Shown here: in pieces, positions 1-8,938 of the stretch | Numbering within the stretch: position 1 is the first letter of the stretch | How the letters are laid out: each line of letters starts with the position of its first letter | Assembly (NCBI GenBank): GCA_044867785.1 | Contig: JBIOVM010000175.1 | Span: forward strand, 9,091-73,090 | DNA length: 64,000 nt | Source of the DNA: Candidatus Rokuibacteriota bacterium | Lineage (GTDB): Bacteria; Methylomirabilota; Methylomirabilia; Rokubacteriales; DASRDR01 | Direction of reading: 5' to 3' | Program-made: the position numbers and the translations under genes | Notes under the pieces: model-generated | Database searches by the model: none | What the model saw: the letters and a program-made list of their open reading frames with translations, nothing else | Told to the model about the DNA's origin: nothing

Positions 1-270
1 GAAACTCAGAGCAACCGGGAGGAGGATTCATTTCGACTCCCCCACGCCGGCCGCACGAGCGCCAACGGCACTCGGCGCTCGCGGGGCCGGCCGGGCGCGC
101 AATCCCTACTGTTTCCAGAAGTACGGTAGCGTCACCGCTGTCGCGATGGGCTGCCCCTTCTCACCTGCCAGGAAGACCAGGAGCTTCCAGTGATCGGAGG
201 CGCTGGCGTTCTTGGCCTCGTGAATGTGCTTGCCCGGAATGGCGAAGGACTCGCGACGGCCCGATCGCGC

Positions 271-390
271 TGCCTCCTGGATCCGCTGGAATTGCTGGAG
301 CGGCTCCCGCCTCGTCCCGCCGTTGCCGGCGTACCACGGCGTGCTGGCCCCGCGGGCCCGGTAGCGCGCGGCGATCGTGCCGAGCCCTCT
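271..390 (+). pseudogene. IS91-family (Y2) transposase fragment
   Basis: Two frames read LDPLELLERL and PPLPAYHGVLAPRAR*RAAIVPS. This matches the YHGVLAP..RWRAAIVP motif of IS91-like transposases, with a frameshift and a premature TAG. Confidence 0.6.
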
Positions 391-559
391 GACACCACCG
401 ATGCAGGAGCCGGCGCGCGGTCACGAGGCCGGTGTTTCCTTGCCTGGCGCGCCGGCGACGGTGTACCGTGCTGAGGCAGTAGCCGGGTATCGGGGCCGGC
501 GGGGAAGGACACGGCGAAACGTCCGCTAGCACTTCCTGCGGTTCAGCGACCGGGATAGG

Positions 560-1522
560 ATGACGCAGCCCCTGACCCACGAGGATGACCCGGGCCGCCT
601 GGGCGGCTATCGCCCCGGTTCCGGGTTGTGGGTGAAGCTCGTTCGGAACGACCTGCTCCTGCGGCTGCGCTGGCGGGCCGAGGCGCAGGTATCCCGCGTG
701 ACCCTGTGGCTGAGCTGGGGTGCACGGGCGGTGCTCTATCGCGTGCGACCCGAATCCGGGCTCGCCAACCGCCCGCGTCAGTCCTGTTTCCTGTGCACGA
801 CGTGGAGGACCGGCAGCACCTTCCTCGGCGATGCCGTGCTCGCGGCCGTCGACCTGGATCTTTCTCGAGAGCCCTTCTACCTGAGTCATCAGCAGGCATC
901 CCTGGGAGCCGTGCTGCGAGGGCGGAGCCTGCTCCTGTACCTCGACCGCGTCGTAGTGGCCCGGGGGACGAATCAGCACGGAATCTTCGGGACCAAGACG
1001 ATGTGGACACACTTCCAGGAGGTGCTGCGTTGCCTGCGCGCGATCCCGGAGTATCGATCCCTGGGCGAGTTCGAGGTGCTGCGGTCCGTGTTCCCGGAAC
1101 CGGTGTTCCTGTTCCTGACACGGAGAGACAAGTTGCGACAGGCCATCTCGTTCTACCGTGCCCAGACCTCCCAGGTCTGGCACCGAGACGATAGCGGCCG
1201 CCTGTACACCACTCCCGGGCCGGCTCGTGTCGATCCGGAGTACGACTACGTTCGCATCCGGGCGGCCCGTGAAACGATCAGGAAAGAAGAGGAGGGGTGG
1301 AGGGACTTCTTTCACAGGAACGGAATCCAGCCGCTGGAGATGAGCTATGAGGAGACCTGCGAGAACCTCCCGGCCGTCCGCGGTCGGATCCTCGAGCGGC
1401 TCGGCCACCGCGTCCAGGACGAACGGCTGGGGGGTGCCCGCTCGAAATACGTCAAGCTAGCCGACCCCAAGACCGAGGAGTGGGTTGAACGCTTCCGCTC
1501 TGACAGCGGGAAGGCCATGTAG
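560..1522 (+). CDS. Stf0-family sulfotransferase
   Basis: CTTWRTGSTFL (5'-PSB), FGTKTMWTH, LTRRDKLRQAISFYRAQTSQVW (3'-PB), W..FF...GIQPLEMSYEE. Confidence 0.85.
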   Translation: MTQPLTHEDDPGRLGGYRPGSGLWVKLVRNDLLLRLRWRAEAQVSRVTLWLSWGARAVLYRVRPESGLANRPRQSCFLCTTWRTGSTFLGDAVLAAVDLDLSREPFYLSHQQASLGAVLRGRSLLLYLDRVVVARGTNQHGIFGTKTMWTHFQEVLRCLRAIPEYRSLGEFEVLRSVFPEPVFLFLTRRDKLRQAISFYRAQTSQVWHRDDSGRLYTTPGPARVDPEYDYVRIRAARETIRKEEEGWRDFFHRNGIQPLEMSYEETCENLPAVRGRILERLGHRVQDERLGGARSKYVKLADPKTEEWVERFRSDSGKAM

Positions 1523-1892
1523 CCCCCCTTCGGAGCGTGCGGGGGGGGGCCCAGTGAAGCCGGAAAGTACGACGAGATCAGAAACGCGAGCACGGTGAGT
1601 CTTTGTCAACAGGCCAAGAAGGATTCGCCAACTTCCAGAACGAGAGCACCTGCGTGAGCGACCAGTTCCGGTAAGAATTGGGGCAAGGGCAGCGACGGTG
1701 CCGTTGGCCCGCATCGCTCTGTCCGCCGCCGTCCAGTCTGCCCGCCGAACCGGGGAGGTGGTTCTCACCCACGTCTTCCCGAGGCCGCGCCGGGCCGCTC
1801 TGGCCCCTCCCGGTCCGGCCTACCGCGTGCTAGAGTTCGGCGGTTCCGGAATGAGCCGGCCGGGCTGACGGCGAGGCCGCGAAAGGGGGGCA

Positions 1893-2573
1893 TTGAAACA
1901 GGTCTTGGGCCGCCTCCGTTCGATTGCAGCTCGCGTCGCGAGCCGTGCACTGGCGCGACGGGGAAGACCGATGCCGGCTGCCGAACACCACGCCGACCTA
2001 CCATTCATCTTCATCATAGGCTTCAACAAGACCGCCACCACCTCGCTCCACACGTTCTTCGCAAGCAACGGGTTTCCGAGCGTTCACTGGGACCGCGGAA
2101 AGCTTGCGAGGCGCATGGTCGAGAACTGCCTGGATGATCGCCCGATCCTCGACGGCTACGACCAGGAGTTCCGAGTCTTCTCGGACATGCAGGCCCAGTC
2201 CAGCCGCATCCGCATCGAAGCAAACCAGTATTTCCGTGTGCTCGATCGCGACTATCCAGGCGCGTACTTCATCTTGAACACCCGCGATCTCGACAAGTGG
2301 ATCAGCAGCCGCTCTTCCGACTTCGTGACGCCGCACGGGGCGACAAATCTGGAACTGGAGATGCGCAGGCTGGGTAGCACCGACCGACAGGAGGCGGTGC
2401 AGCTCTGGGCACGGGAGCGAAACACATTCGAGGCAGAGGTCCGGCGATACTTTCGGCACAACCCGAAGTTCTTGGAAATCGACATCACCGATCCTGACCT
2501 GCCGCACCGTATTTCTCGACTCATTGGCAGGACGATGGACGCGGAACATTGGAAGCATATTCGGACGAATTGA
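1893..2573 (+). CDS. Sulfotransferase family protein (start may be ATG 1971)
   Basis: IFIIGFNKTATTSL PAPS-binding loop; YFILNTRDLDKWISSR 3'-PB motif. Confidence 0.8.
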   Translation: MKQVLGRLRSIAARVASRALARRGRPMPAAEHHADLPFIFIIGFNKTATTSLHTFFASNGFPSVHWDRGKLARRMVENCLDDRPILDGYDQEFRVFSDMQAQSSRIRIEANQYFRVLDRDYPGAYFILNTRDLDKWISSRSSDFVTPHGATNLELEMRRLGSTDRQEAVQLWARERNTFEAEVRRYFRHNPKFLEIDITDPDLPHRISRLIGRTMDAEHWKHIRTN

Positions 2574-2946
2574 GTGTGGGGCGCCATCGCCCCGTGTCAC
2601 CGCTCTGGGATTGTCGAAACCGCGGATCGGCGTGATCTGCTGCCCGTCAACCGCACAGGCATGCGACAATACGCCCGTTCTCTCGGCCACGTACGATTCC
2701 ATCGCCCGGGTGCTGACCCTTCTCGCCGCCGGGGTGGATGTTCGCGTAGCGTCGGGCCACGTCTGCGACATCACCTCGCCGGGTACGGCCGACTTGCTAG
2801 ATGAGGTATTCGCCGCGAAGAGCGCGGCGGCGCATCGACTCCACACCGCCCATCGTGCTCGGCTGCGGGCGCACCTTGATCATGATCGCGCGGCCGTCGC
2901 GGCGGTAGCGGACCGTCACGCCGCCGCCGTGGTACGACCGGAGTGA
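2524..2946 (+). CDS. Hypothetical protein or C-terminal gene remnant (start uncertain)
   Basis: Its TGA overlaps the GTG start of the next gene (GTGA at 2943-2946). No recognisable motif. Confidence 0.3.
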   Translation: MAGRWTRNIGSIFGRIECGAPSPRVTALGLSKPRIGVICCPSTAQACDNTPVLSATYDSIARVLTLLAAGVDVRVASGHVCDITSPGTADLLDEVFAAKSAAAHRLHTAHRARLRAHLDHDRAAVAAVADRHAAAVVRPE

Positions 2947-5900
2947 CTGTCGAGCGCCCTGTCGGAGCGGAAGGTCCCTGTTCGGACATCCTGTCCCTTC
3001 TGCGTAGACGGGCCGCTGCCCACCCGGAGCGGACAGCGATCGAAGCTGAGGACGGCGAGGTGCTGACCTATGCCGCGCTCCTGGCGCGGACCGAGGGGCT
3101 TGCCGCTGCTCTGCGCTCGCGCGACGAAGTCAGGCAGGGGGGCAGTCGGATCGGGATCGTCCTGCCCAATGGCCTAGCGATGTCGCAGGCTCTGCTGGCC
3201 GTCAGCTGTGTCGGAGTCGCCCTCCCCTACAATCCAGCCTATACCGAGCCGGAATTCGAGGCCTACTTCCGAGACATGGCCCTCGACGCCCTACTGACGC
3301 GCCCCTCCTTCGTACCCACGGCCGTGCGGGTGGCGGCGCGACTTGGCGTGCCGGTGCTCGACCTCGATGTGGTGGGACAGGAAACACGGGACGCGAATGA
3401 TCTCTCAGCCCCCGCACCCGATGCCATCACGATGGTGCTCTTGACCTCCGGATCGACTGGAAGGGCGAAACGAGTGCCGCTGAGCCACGGCAATGTCTGC
3501 ACTTCCGCCCGCCATGTCAGCCGTTCGATGGGCCTCGGCCCCGACGATCGCTGCCTCAGCATGTGGGAGCTCTACCATATCGGTGGACTGGTCGATCTGC
3601 TGCTCGCTCCGCTCGATGCAGGCAGCACCGTCATCGCGACCGCCGGCTTCGACGCACCCCGGTTCTTCGACCTTCTCGACCGCGCCCGCCCGACCTGGTT
3701 CCAGGGAGTGCCGGCGACGCTCGGCGAGATCGCGCTCCATGCGCGCCGCGCCGGCATTGACCCGCGCGGATCGAGCTTGCGGCTGCTCCGGTCGGTTGCC
3801 GCCGCGTTGCCGCCGGCGTTGATGTCGGAGCTCGAGACCCTATTCGGCGTGCCCGTCCTTCAAACCTTCGGCATGACCGAGGCTGGCCCACTGATCACCT
3901 CTACAGCGCTTCCTCCGGCCGAACGGGCGGCAGGGTCGGTCGGCCGGTCGTGTGGCACGGAAGTGAAGATCTTCGCACCGGACTGGACGACAATCATCGA
4001 CGGGACGGAAGGCGAGGTCGCAGTCCGGGGCCCGAACGTGTTCGCCGGATACGAAGGCGATTCGGCCGCGAACGCCGAAGCCTTCCGCGACGGCTGGTTC
4101 CGCACCGGGGACCTCGGACGCCTCGATGCGGCCGGAAACCTCTACCTGACTGGCCGCATCAAGGAACTGATCAACCGCGGTGGCGAGAAGGTGAGCCTCC
4201 GGGAGGTCGATGATGCTCTCCTCTGCCATCCCGCGATCCGCGAGGCGGCGGCCTTTCCCCTTGCGCACAGGACCCTCGGTGAAGACGTCGCTGCCGCCGT
4301 TGTGTTGCAGCCCGGCGCCGCTGCAACGCCGGCCGAATTGCGAGTGTTTGTCGCCGGGCGACTCGCCGGGTTCAAGGTTCCGCGCACCATCATCTTTCTT
4401 GACGTACTGCCCCGCAATGCCGTCGGCAAGATCGATCGCCGCGCCATCGCGCAGGAAGCGGGAGGTCTGCCGGCGACGCAATCGGCGGACCTTACCAGGC
4501 TTTCCGGATCCGAAGCGCAGATCGCCGCAATCTGGGTGCGCGAGCTAGACCTGCGGGCGATTGGGCTGGACGACGAGTTCGCCACCCTCGGCGGCAATTC
4601 CCTCTCCGCGCTCCGCGTGCTCCTCGCCATCGAGAAAGAGCTTGGCAAAGCCCTACCGGACGACGCCATAGCCAACAACACGACGGTACGGTCGCTTGCG
4701 CGCGCTCTGTCGAGTCGGGATGCCGGCGACGTCGCGAGGTCCGCGGACGCGGCTGGAACGCTCTCCCAGTCCGAGCGGCAACAGATTCTCGCCATTGCCG
4801 GCACCGGCGCCATCCCGGCGCTCGCGCCAGGCTCCACCCTGAAGGTCGTCAACCGCGGCGGAACGCGGCGGCCGCTGATCTGGTTCTTCAATTCCCCGAG
4901 CCGTGAGATGAAGGTCATGTCCCAATGCCTACCGCCGGACCAGCCGCTCTACGGCGGCTTCTCGGGCGCAGGGATGTTTGACTGGAACGACAGCAGGCGG
5001 ATGTCCGGCATCGCGGAGCTGTACGCTGCCGAACTCCTCGACCGGTTCCCACACGGCAGCTTCGCGATCGGCGGGAACTGCCAAGGGGGCCGGGTCGGCT
5101 GGATGGCCGCCAAGCTCTTACAAGAGGCAGGACGCGAAGTGGATGCGCTCTGTTTCCTCGAGTTCTCGGATCCCGAGCTTACGCAGTTCGACGGGCGCCT
5201 CTTGATGATGTTCGGTAAGCAGAGCGTAAGTCGCCACTACCGCCCTATCCGATGGGGCCGGCCAGGTTGGGATACCTCCTTCAGCCACCGGCCGGTCGTG
5301 TCCTGGATCGACGGGGTGCATGGCGGCTTTTGGCGCGACGAAACGGTCCCGGGACTGGTCGACGTGCTCCTCAGGTTCCTGGACGGCAGGCCGGTCCGGC
5401 GAAACACGCTGGACTCGACCCTGGGCCGCGCCTTGATGTTCATCCACAGGAGTCCCCATCTGTTTCGCCTCTACTGCGCCTGCCATGAGATCAAGACGAG
5501 GCTCCGGTCCGGGAACCGGTTCGGGCTCCGACGTGCGCGGCCTATCGTGCACCGGGCAGACCAACGGCTCTCGCAGCATCCAGCCGAGGCTCGAATCAGC
5601 GTCGGCGGTAGGAGGCGACAAACGTGGACGAACCGCTTGCGAGGCCTCCGTGCAGCGTTTGCGAAGCCATCCCGGCGCCGAGTGGCCCGCGACGATTTCC
5701 CCTATGAGCTTTCGGTCGCCGCGATCTTCAGGGACGAGGCCCGGTTCCTGAGCGAATGGCTTCATTTCCACGACGGCGTTGGCGTCGATCACTTCTTTCT
5801 CTACGACGACGACAGCTCCGACGATTTCCTGGCAATTCTCGGCCCCTGGATCTCAGCCGGCAAGGTCACCCTGATCGACGGCAGGGGAAAGGACCAGGTG

Positions 5901-6536
5901 TCGGCCTACGATGACTGCATCCGCCGCTTCGCCGACAAGTCTCGCTGGATCGCCTTCATCGACCTCGACGAATTCCTCTTCTCGCCGAAGTCGCGCGACC
6001 TGAAGCACGTCCTGCGTAACTACCGGGATCTGCCGGCGATCTTCGTGTATTGGGTGCTCTACGGATCGTCCGGGCATGTCTCACGCCCCGATGGCTACGT
6101 GATCGATTCCTACACGCGCTGTCTGGACCTCGAGGCCGCCGGCGCCGAGCGGTTCGATCACGGCCGGGACGAGAACTATGTGACGGGATGGGCGCGCGAC
6201 GGGAAGTCGATCGTGAATCCGCGCAGCGTCGTCAAGATGGGTGCGCATGTCCCACGGGTCCTGAGATCGGGCGAGGTGGTCGACGAAAACCGCAGGCCGG
6301 CCCTGCGCCGTGGCGGCGCCAGTCCGATCACCTGCGACTGGCTGCGGATCAATCACTATTGGTCGAAGTCGATCGAGGACCTGAGCGAGAAGGTGGAGAA
6401 GGGCGACATATTCGATCGTGCCCGCCCACCGCGCAGGCTCGAGACGTGGCTCAGGCGTGAGGCGTGCTTGAACGTAACCCGCGACGAATCGATCCGGCTG
6501 ATCTGGGCGGAGATCAGGAAGGAACGGGGTCTTTAA
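2943..6536 (+). CDS. Fusion: AMP-binding (acyl-CoA ligase-like) + acyl carrier + thioesterase-like (Cys nucleophile) + GT92/GT2-like glycosyltransferase
   Basis: A-domain motifs LTSGSTGRAK, FGMTEAG, FRTGDLG, GRIKELINRGGEK, LPRNAVGKID; ACP LGGNSL; TE GGNCQGG and GVHGG; C-terminal AIFRDEARFLSEWLHFH..VDHFFLYD..WIAFIDLDEFL..INHYWSKS. Confidence 0.85.
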   Translation: MTVERPVGAEGPCSDILSLLRRRAAAHPERTAIEAEDGEVLTYAALLARTEGLAAALRSRDEVRQGGSRIGIVLPNGLAMSQALLAVSCVGVALPYNPAYTEPEFEAYFRDMALDALLTRPSFVPTAVRVAARLGVPVLDLDVVGQETRDANDLSAPAPDAITMVLLTSGSTGRAKRVPLSHGNVCTSARHVSRSMGLGPDDRCLSMWELYHIGGLVDLLLAPLDAGSTVIATAGFDAPRFFDLLDRARPTWFQGVPATLGEIALHARRAGIDPRGSSLRLLRSVAAALPPALMSELETLFGVPVLQTFGMTEAGPLITSTALPPAERAAGSVGRSCGTEVKIFAPDWTTIIDGTEGEVAVRGPNVFAGYEGDSAANAEAFRDGWFRTGDLGRLDAAGNLYLTGRIKELINRGGEKVSLREVDDALLCHPAIREAAAFPLAHRTLGEDVAAAVVLQPGAAATPAELRVFVAGRLAGFKVPRTIIFLDVLPRNAVGKIDRRAIAQEAGGLPATQSADLTRLSGSEAQIAAIWVRELDLRAIGLDDEFATLGGNSLSALRVLLAIEKELGKALPDDAIANNTTVRSLARALSSRDAGDVARSADAAGTLSQSERQQILAIAGTGAIPALAPGSTLKVVNRGGTRRPLIWFFNSPSREMKVMSQCLPPDQPLYGGFSGAGMFDWNDSRRMSGIAELYAAELLDRFPHGSFAIGGNCQGGRVGWMAAKLLQEAGREVDALCFLEFSDPELTQFDGRLLMMFGKQSVSRHYRPIRWGRPGWDTSFSHRPVVSWIDGVHGGFWRDETVPGLVDVLLRFLDGRPVRRNTLDSTLGRALMFIHRSPHLFRLYCACHEIKTRLRSGNRFGLRRARPIVHRADQRLSQHPAEARISVGGRRRQTWTNRLRGLRAAFAKPSRRRVARDDFPYELSVAAIFRDEARFLSEWLHFHDGVGVDHFFLYDDDSSDDFLAILGPWISAGKVTLIDGRGKDQVSAYDDCIRRFADKSRWIAFIDLDEFLFSPKSRDLKHVLRNYRDLPAIFVYWVLYGSSGHVSRPDGYVIDSYTRCLDLEAAGAERFDHGRDENYVTGWARDGKSIVNPRSVVKMGAHVPRVLRSGEVVDENRRPALRRGGASPITCDWLRINHYWSKSIEDLSEKVEKGDIFDRARPPRRLETWLRREACLNVTRDESIRLIWAEIRKERGL

Positions 6537-6793
6537 CTAGGCCGCGCGGCTGGCCGAGATTCGAGTGTGACGTTCTGTGGTCATCCAGGACGACATCGGG
6601 AAGATACCGGAGGAGAATCACGTGTGCTTGCTTCCGGTGCCCAGCTTCGTGCCGATGTGGGGGCGCAGATAGCGGCCACCAGGGACGTCCCGCTGCGATA
6701 GGGTCCCCGCGATGACGAGCGGCACCGTGCCGTGGGCGGCGATCCGGCCGTGGAGAAGCGCGGCCGGCGACTCTTTGCTCATTCCGTGGCCTG

Positions 6794-7639
6794 CTAGCGC
6801 GTGATTCCCCAGCGGCGCCGGAGGCCCTGCGCGATCCGACGGGGGACCAGGTAGACGATGGCCGAGCGGACCAGTCCAAGGTAGCAGTGGACGTCGTACG
6901 GCGAGAAGTAGCGTAACTGGACCACGATCCGGTCACGCTCCGCGGCACGGCGATGCACGCGGACGACCGAGGGCCCGGACTCGGACCTGCTGACCAGCAC
7001 CTTGGGGACATTGGCGCACGGGAACTTCTCCGCGACCCGGCGAAAGAGATCGTAGTCCTGGGCCAGGTCCACGCTCTCGTCGTAATAGCCGACGGCCCGC
7101 AGCACACTTGTCCGCATCATGCAGGTCGGATGGCTGAAGGCCGTCCGGTAGCGCATCCGGCGTCGAATGGCGCCCCAGTGCTCCGGATAGTGGGTGTGGA
7201 ACAGCGTGCGTCCGTTCGCGTCGACGTGACGCGTGAAGCCCCCGACCAGCGCTACCTCGGGATGGGCCTCCAGGTACGCCAGCTGGGTGGACAGCCGGTC
7301 TCCGAGATCCAGGTCGCCCGCATCCTGGCGAGCCACGTAGGTGTACGGTCGGGAAAGGACATAGCGTAGACCGACGTTCAGCGCGGCGGTCACGCCGCGG
7401 TTGACGGGCTGGCGGAGTAGCACGACCGGATGGACGTAACGCGCTGGATCGATGAGGGTCGGAGGGATGCTGCCGTCATCGACCACCACGATGTCGAGGT
7501 CGGAACCCTGGGCATCGACCGAGTCGAGCGTACGGGCCAGATCCTCGACGGCGTTGTAGACAGGGATCAGCACGGCCAGGTTGGGGACGCGTCGACAGGG
7601 ATCGCTTCGGAGGCGGCCCTGACCGATCGCAAGTGGCAC
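6794..7639 (-). CDS. Glycosyltransferase family 2
   Basis: VLIPVYN, VVVDDGS, ARQDAGD, HPT, AQDYDLF. GTG start inferred 7 nt from a TATACT box; the longer track ORF is the antisense shadow of the GT4 gene. Confidence 0.9.
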   Translation of the reverse strand: MPLAIGQGRLRSDPCRRVPNLAVLIPVYNAVEDLARTLDSVDAQGSDLDIVVVDDGSIPPTLIDPARYVHPVVLLRQPVNRGVTAALNVGLRYVLSRPYTYVARQDAGDLDLGDRLSTQLAYLEAHPEVALVGGFTRHVDANGRTLFHTHYPEHWGAIRRRMRYRTAFSHPTCMMRTSVLRAVGYYDESVDLAQDYDLFRRVAEKFPCANVPKVLVSRSESGPSVVRVHRRAAERDRIVVQLRYFSPYDVHCYLGLVRSAIVYLVPRRIAQGLRRRWGITR

Positions 7640-7645
7640 GGATGC

Positions 7646-7654
7646 TAGTATAAC
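7646..7654. promoter_or_regulatory. Overlapping bidirectional -10 elements (TAGTAT/TATAAC on +, TATACT on -)
   Basis: The only AT-rich patch in the 24-nt gap between divergent starts GTG 7639 (-) and ATG 7664 (+). Confidence 0.6.
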
Positions 7655-7663
7655 CAGCGCGCC

Positions 7664-8938
7664 ATGACATCCTATCGCGTCGTCGTCGGGGCCACCTCTG
7701 GTCTCGTGAGCGGCGTCGACGTCTTCGCCGGCCATCTGGTGCGGGGGTTGCTGAGGCTGGGAATGTCCGCGCACATCCTGACGACCTTCCCCCCTCACAG
7801 GACAACGACTCATCCCATGGCGTTCCCCCGGGACCTGCCGGTGGCCAGGCTTCCGGTAAACCTGCGGGCCAGCTGGCCGGCGCGCTGGCAAGCGATGATG
7901 AGCTACCTCGAGGCGCAGGCTCCGTGCGTCTACATCCCCAACTCCGACTGGGGCCACTCCTGCGTCTGTTCCCGGCTCAGTGAAACTGTACGAGTCGTGG
8001 GGATCGTCCATAGCGACGATCCCGTTCACTACGAACACGTGGCCCGCCTGGGAGCGTACTGGAACGCGGTGGTCACCGTGAGCGATGCCATCGCCCTCCG
8101 CGTGACACGGCTCCTGCCGAGCCACGCTGCTCGGATCGCCACGATCCCCTATGGGGTGCCGATTCCCGATCAGCTCAGCGAGCAGCGGTTCACGGACAGC
8201 GGGCGGCTCCGCGTGGTGTACGCCGGGCGACTGGTGCAGGCGCAGAAGCGTGTCCTCGATCTGCCAAGAATCGTCAAGCGGGCGCTGGAGCAGGGTGTCG
8301 ACATGGAACTGCTCGTGGCCGGCGCGGGAGACGACGAGCGCCGGCTGCGAGCGGACTGTGACCTCCTCGTGAATCGCGGCGTGGTGCGGTTTCTCGGCAC
8401 CCGGCCCAACGCCGAGGTGTTGCGTCTGTTCGAGTCCGCTGACGCCATGCTCCTGCCGTCCGAGTTCGAGGGGCTTCCCGTGAGCGTGATCGAGGCCATG
8501 GGCCGAGGATGCGTCCCGGTTGTCTCCGATGTTGCCAGCGGCATTCCGGAACTCATCGAGGACGGCGTCTCTGGCTATCGCGTCAGGCTCGGCGACGTTC
8601 CCGAGTTCGCGCGGCGGCTCGCTATCCTGTACCGCGACCCGCCGGCGCGCCGCGCCATGGGGTTCGCCGCGCACCGGGCGGTGCTTCGTGGCGGCTACCG
8701 CGTCGAGGACATGGTCGGTCGCTACGCGGAATTGTTCGAGCGCGTCGACACGGAGGCGCGCTCGGGCGCCTACCGACGGCGGCCCGGCCCGATCGTGCCG
8801 CGTCCGGGCCTCTACAGCGCCAGGTGGAAGGCGCGGCTGCCTGGCCCTGTGCGGGCGATCGGACGGCTCGGCGAGCGCGCCGTCCGTGCCCTGGCTTCCC
8901 GCGCGCGAGCACTGCGGGACAGGTGGCCGGGCTCCTAG
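7664..8938 (+). CDS. Glycosyltransferase family 4
   Basis: YAGRLVQAQKR; PSEFEGLPVSVIEAMGRG (EX7E); ELIEDGVSG. Confidence 0.92.
   Translation: MTSYRVVVGATSGLVSGVDVFAGHLVRGLLRLGMSAHILTTFPPHRTTTHPMAFPRDLPVARLPVNLRASWPARWQAMMSYLEAQAPCVYIPNSDWGHSCVCSRLSETVRVVGIVHSDDPVHYEHVARLGAYWNAVVTVSDAIALRVTRLLPSHAARIATIPYGVPIPDQLSEQRFTDSGRLRVVYAGRLVQAQKRVLDLPRIVKRALEQGVDMELLVAGAGDDERRLRADCDLLVNRGVVRFLGTRPNAEVLRLFESADAMLLPSEFEGLPVSVIEAMGRGCVPVVSDVASGIPELIEDGVSGYRVRLGDVPEFARRLAILYRDPPARRAMGFAAHRAVLRGGYRVEDMVGRYAELFERVDTEARSGAYRRRPGPIVPRPGLYSARWKARLPGPVRAIGRLGERAVRALASRARALRDRWPGS

Noticed and set aside
1597-1615. gagtctttgtcaacaggcc resembles an IS5/IS1182-type terminal repeat
   Set aside because: Single copy; no partner repeat or transposase found.
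7640-8674. N-terminal ~345 aa of the 626-aa track ORF, suggesting a large GT2 fusion
   Set aside because: It overlaps the real GT4 on the opposite strand; the GT2 starts near 7639.
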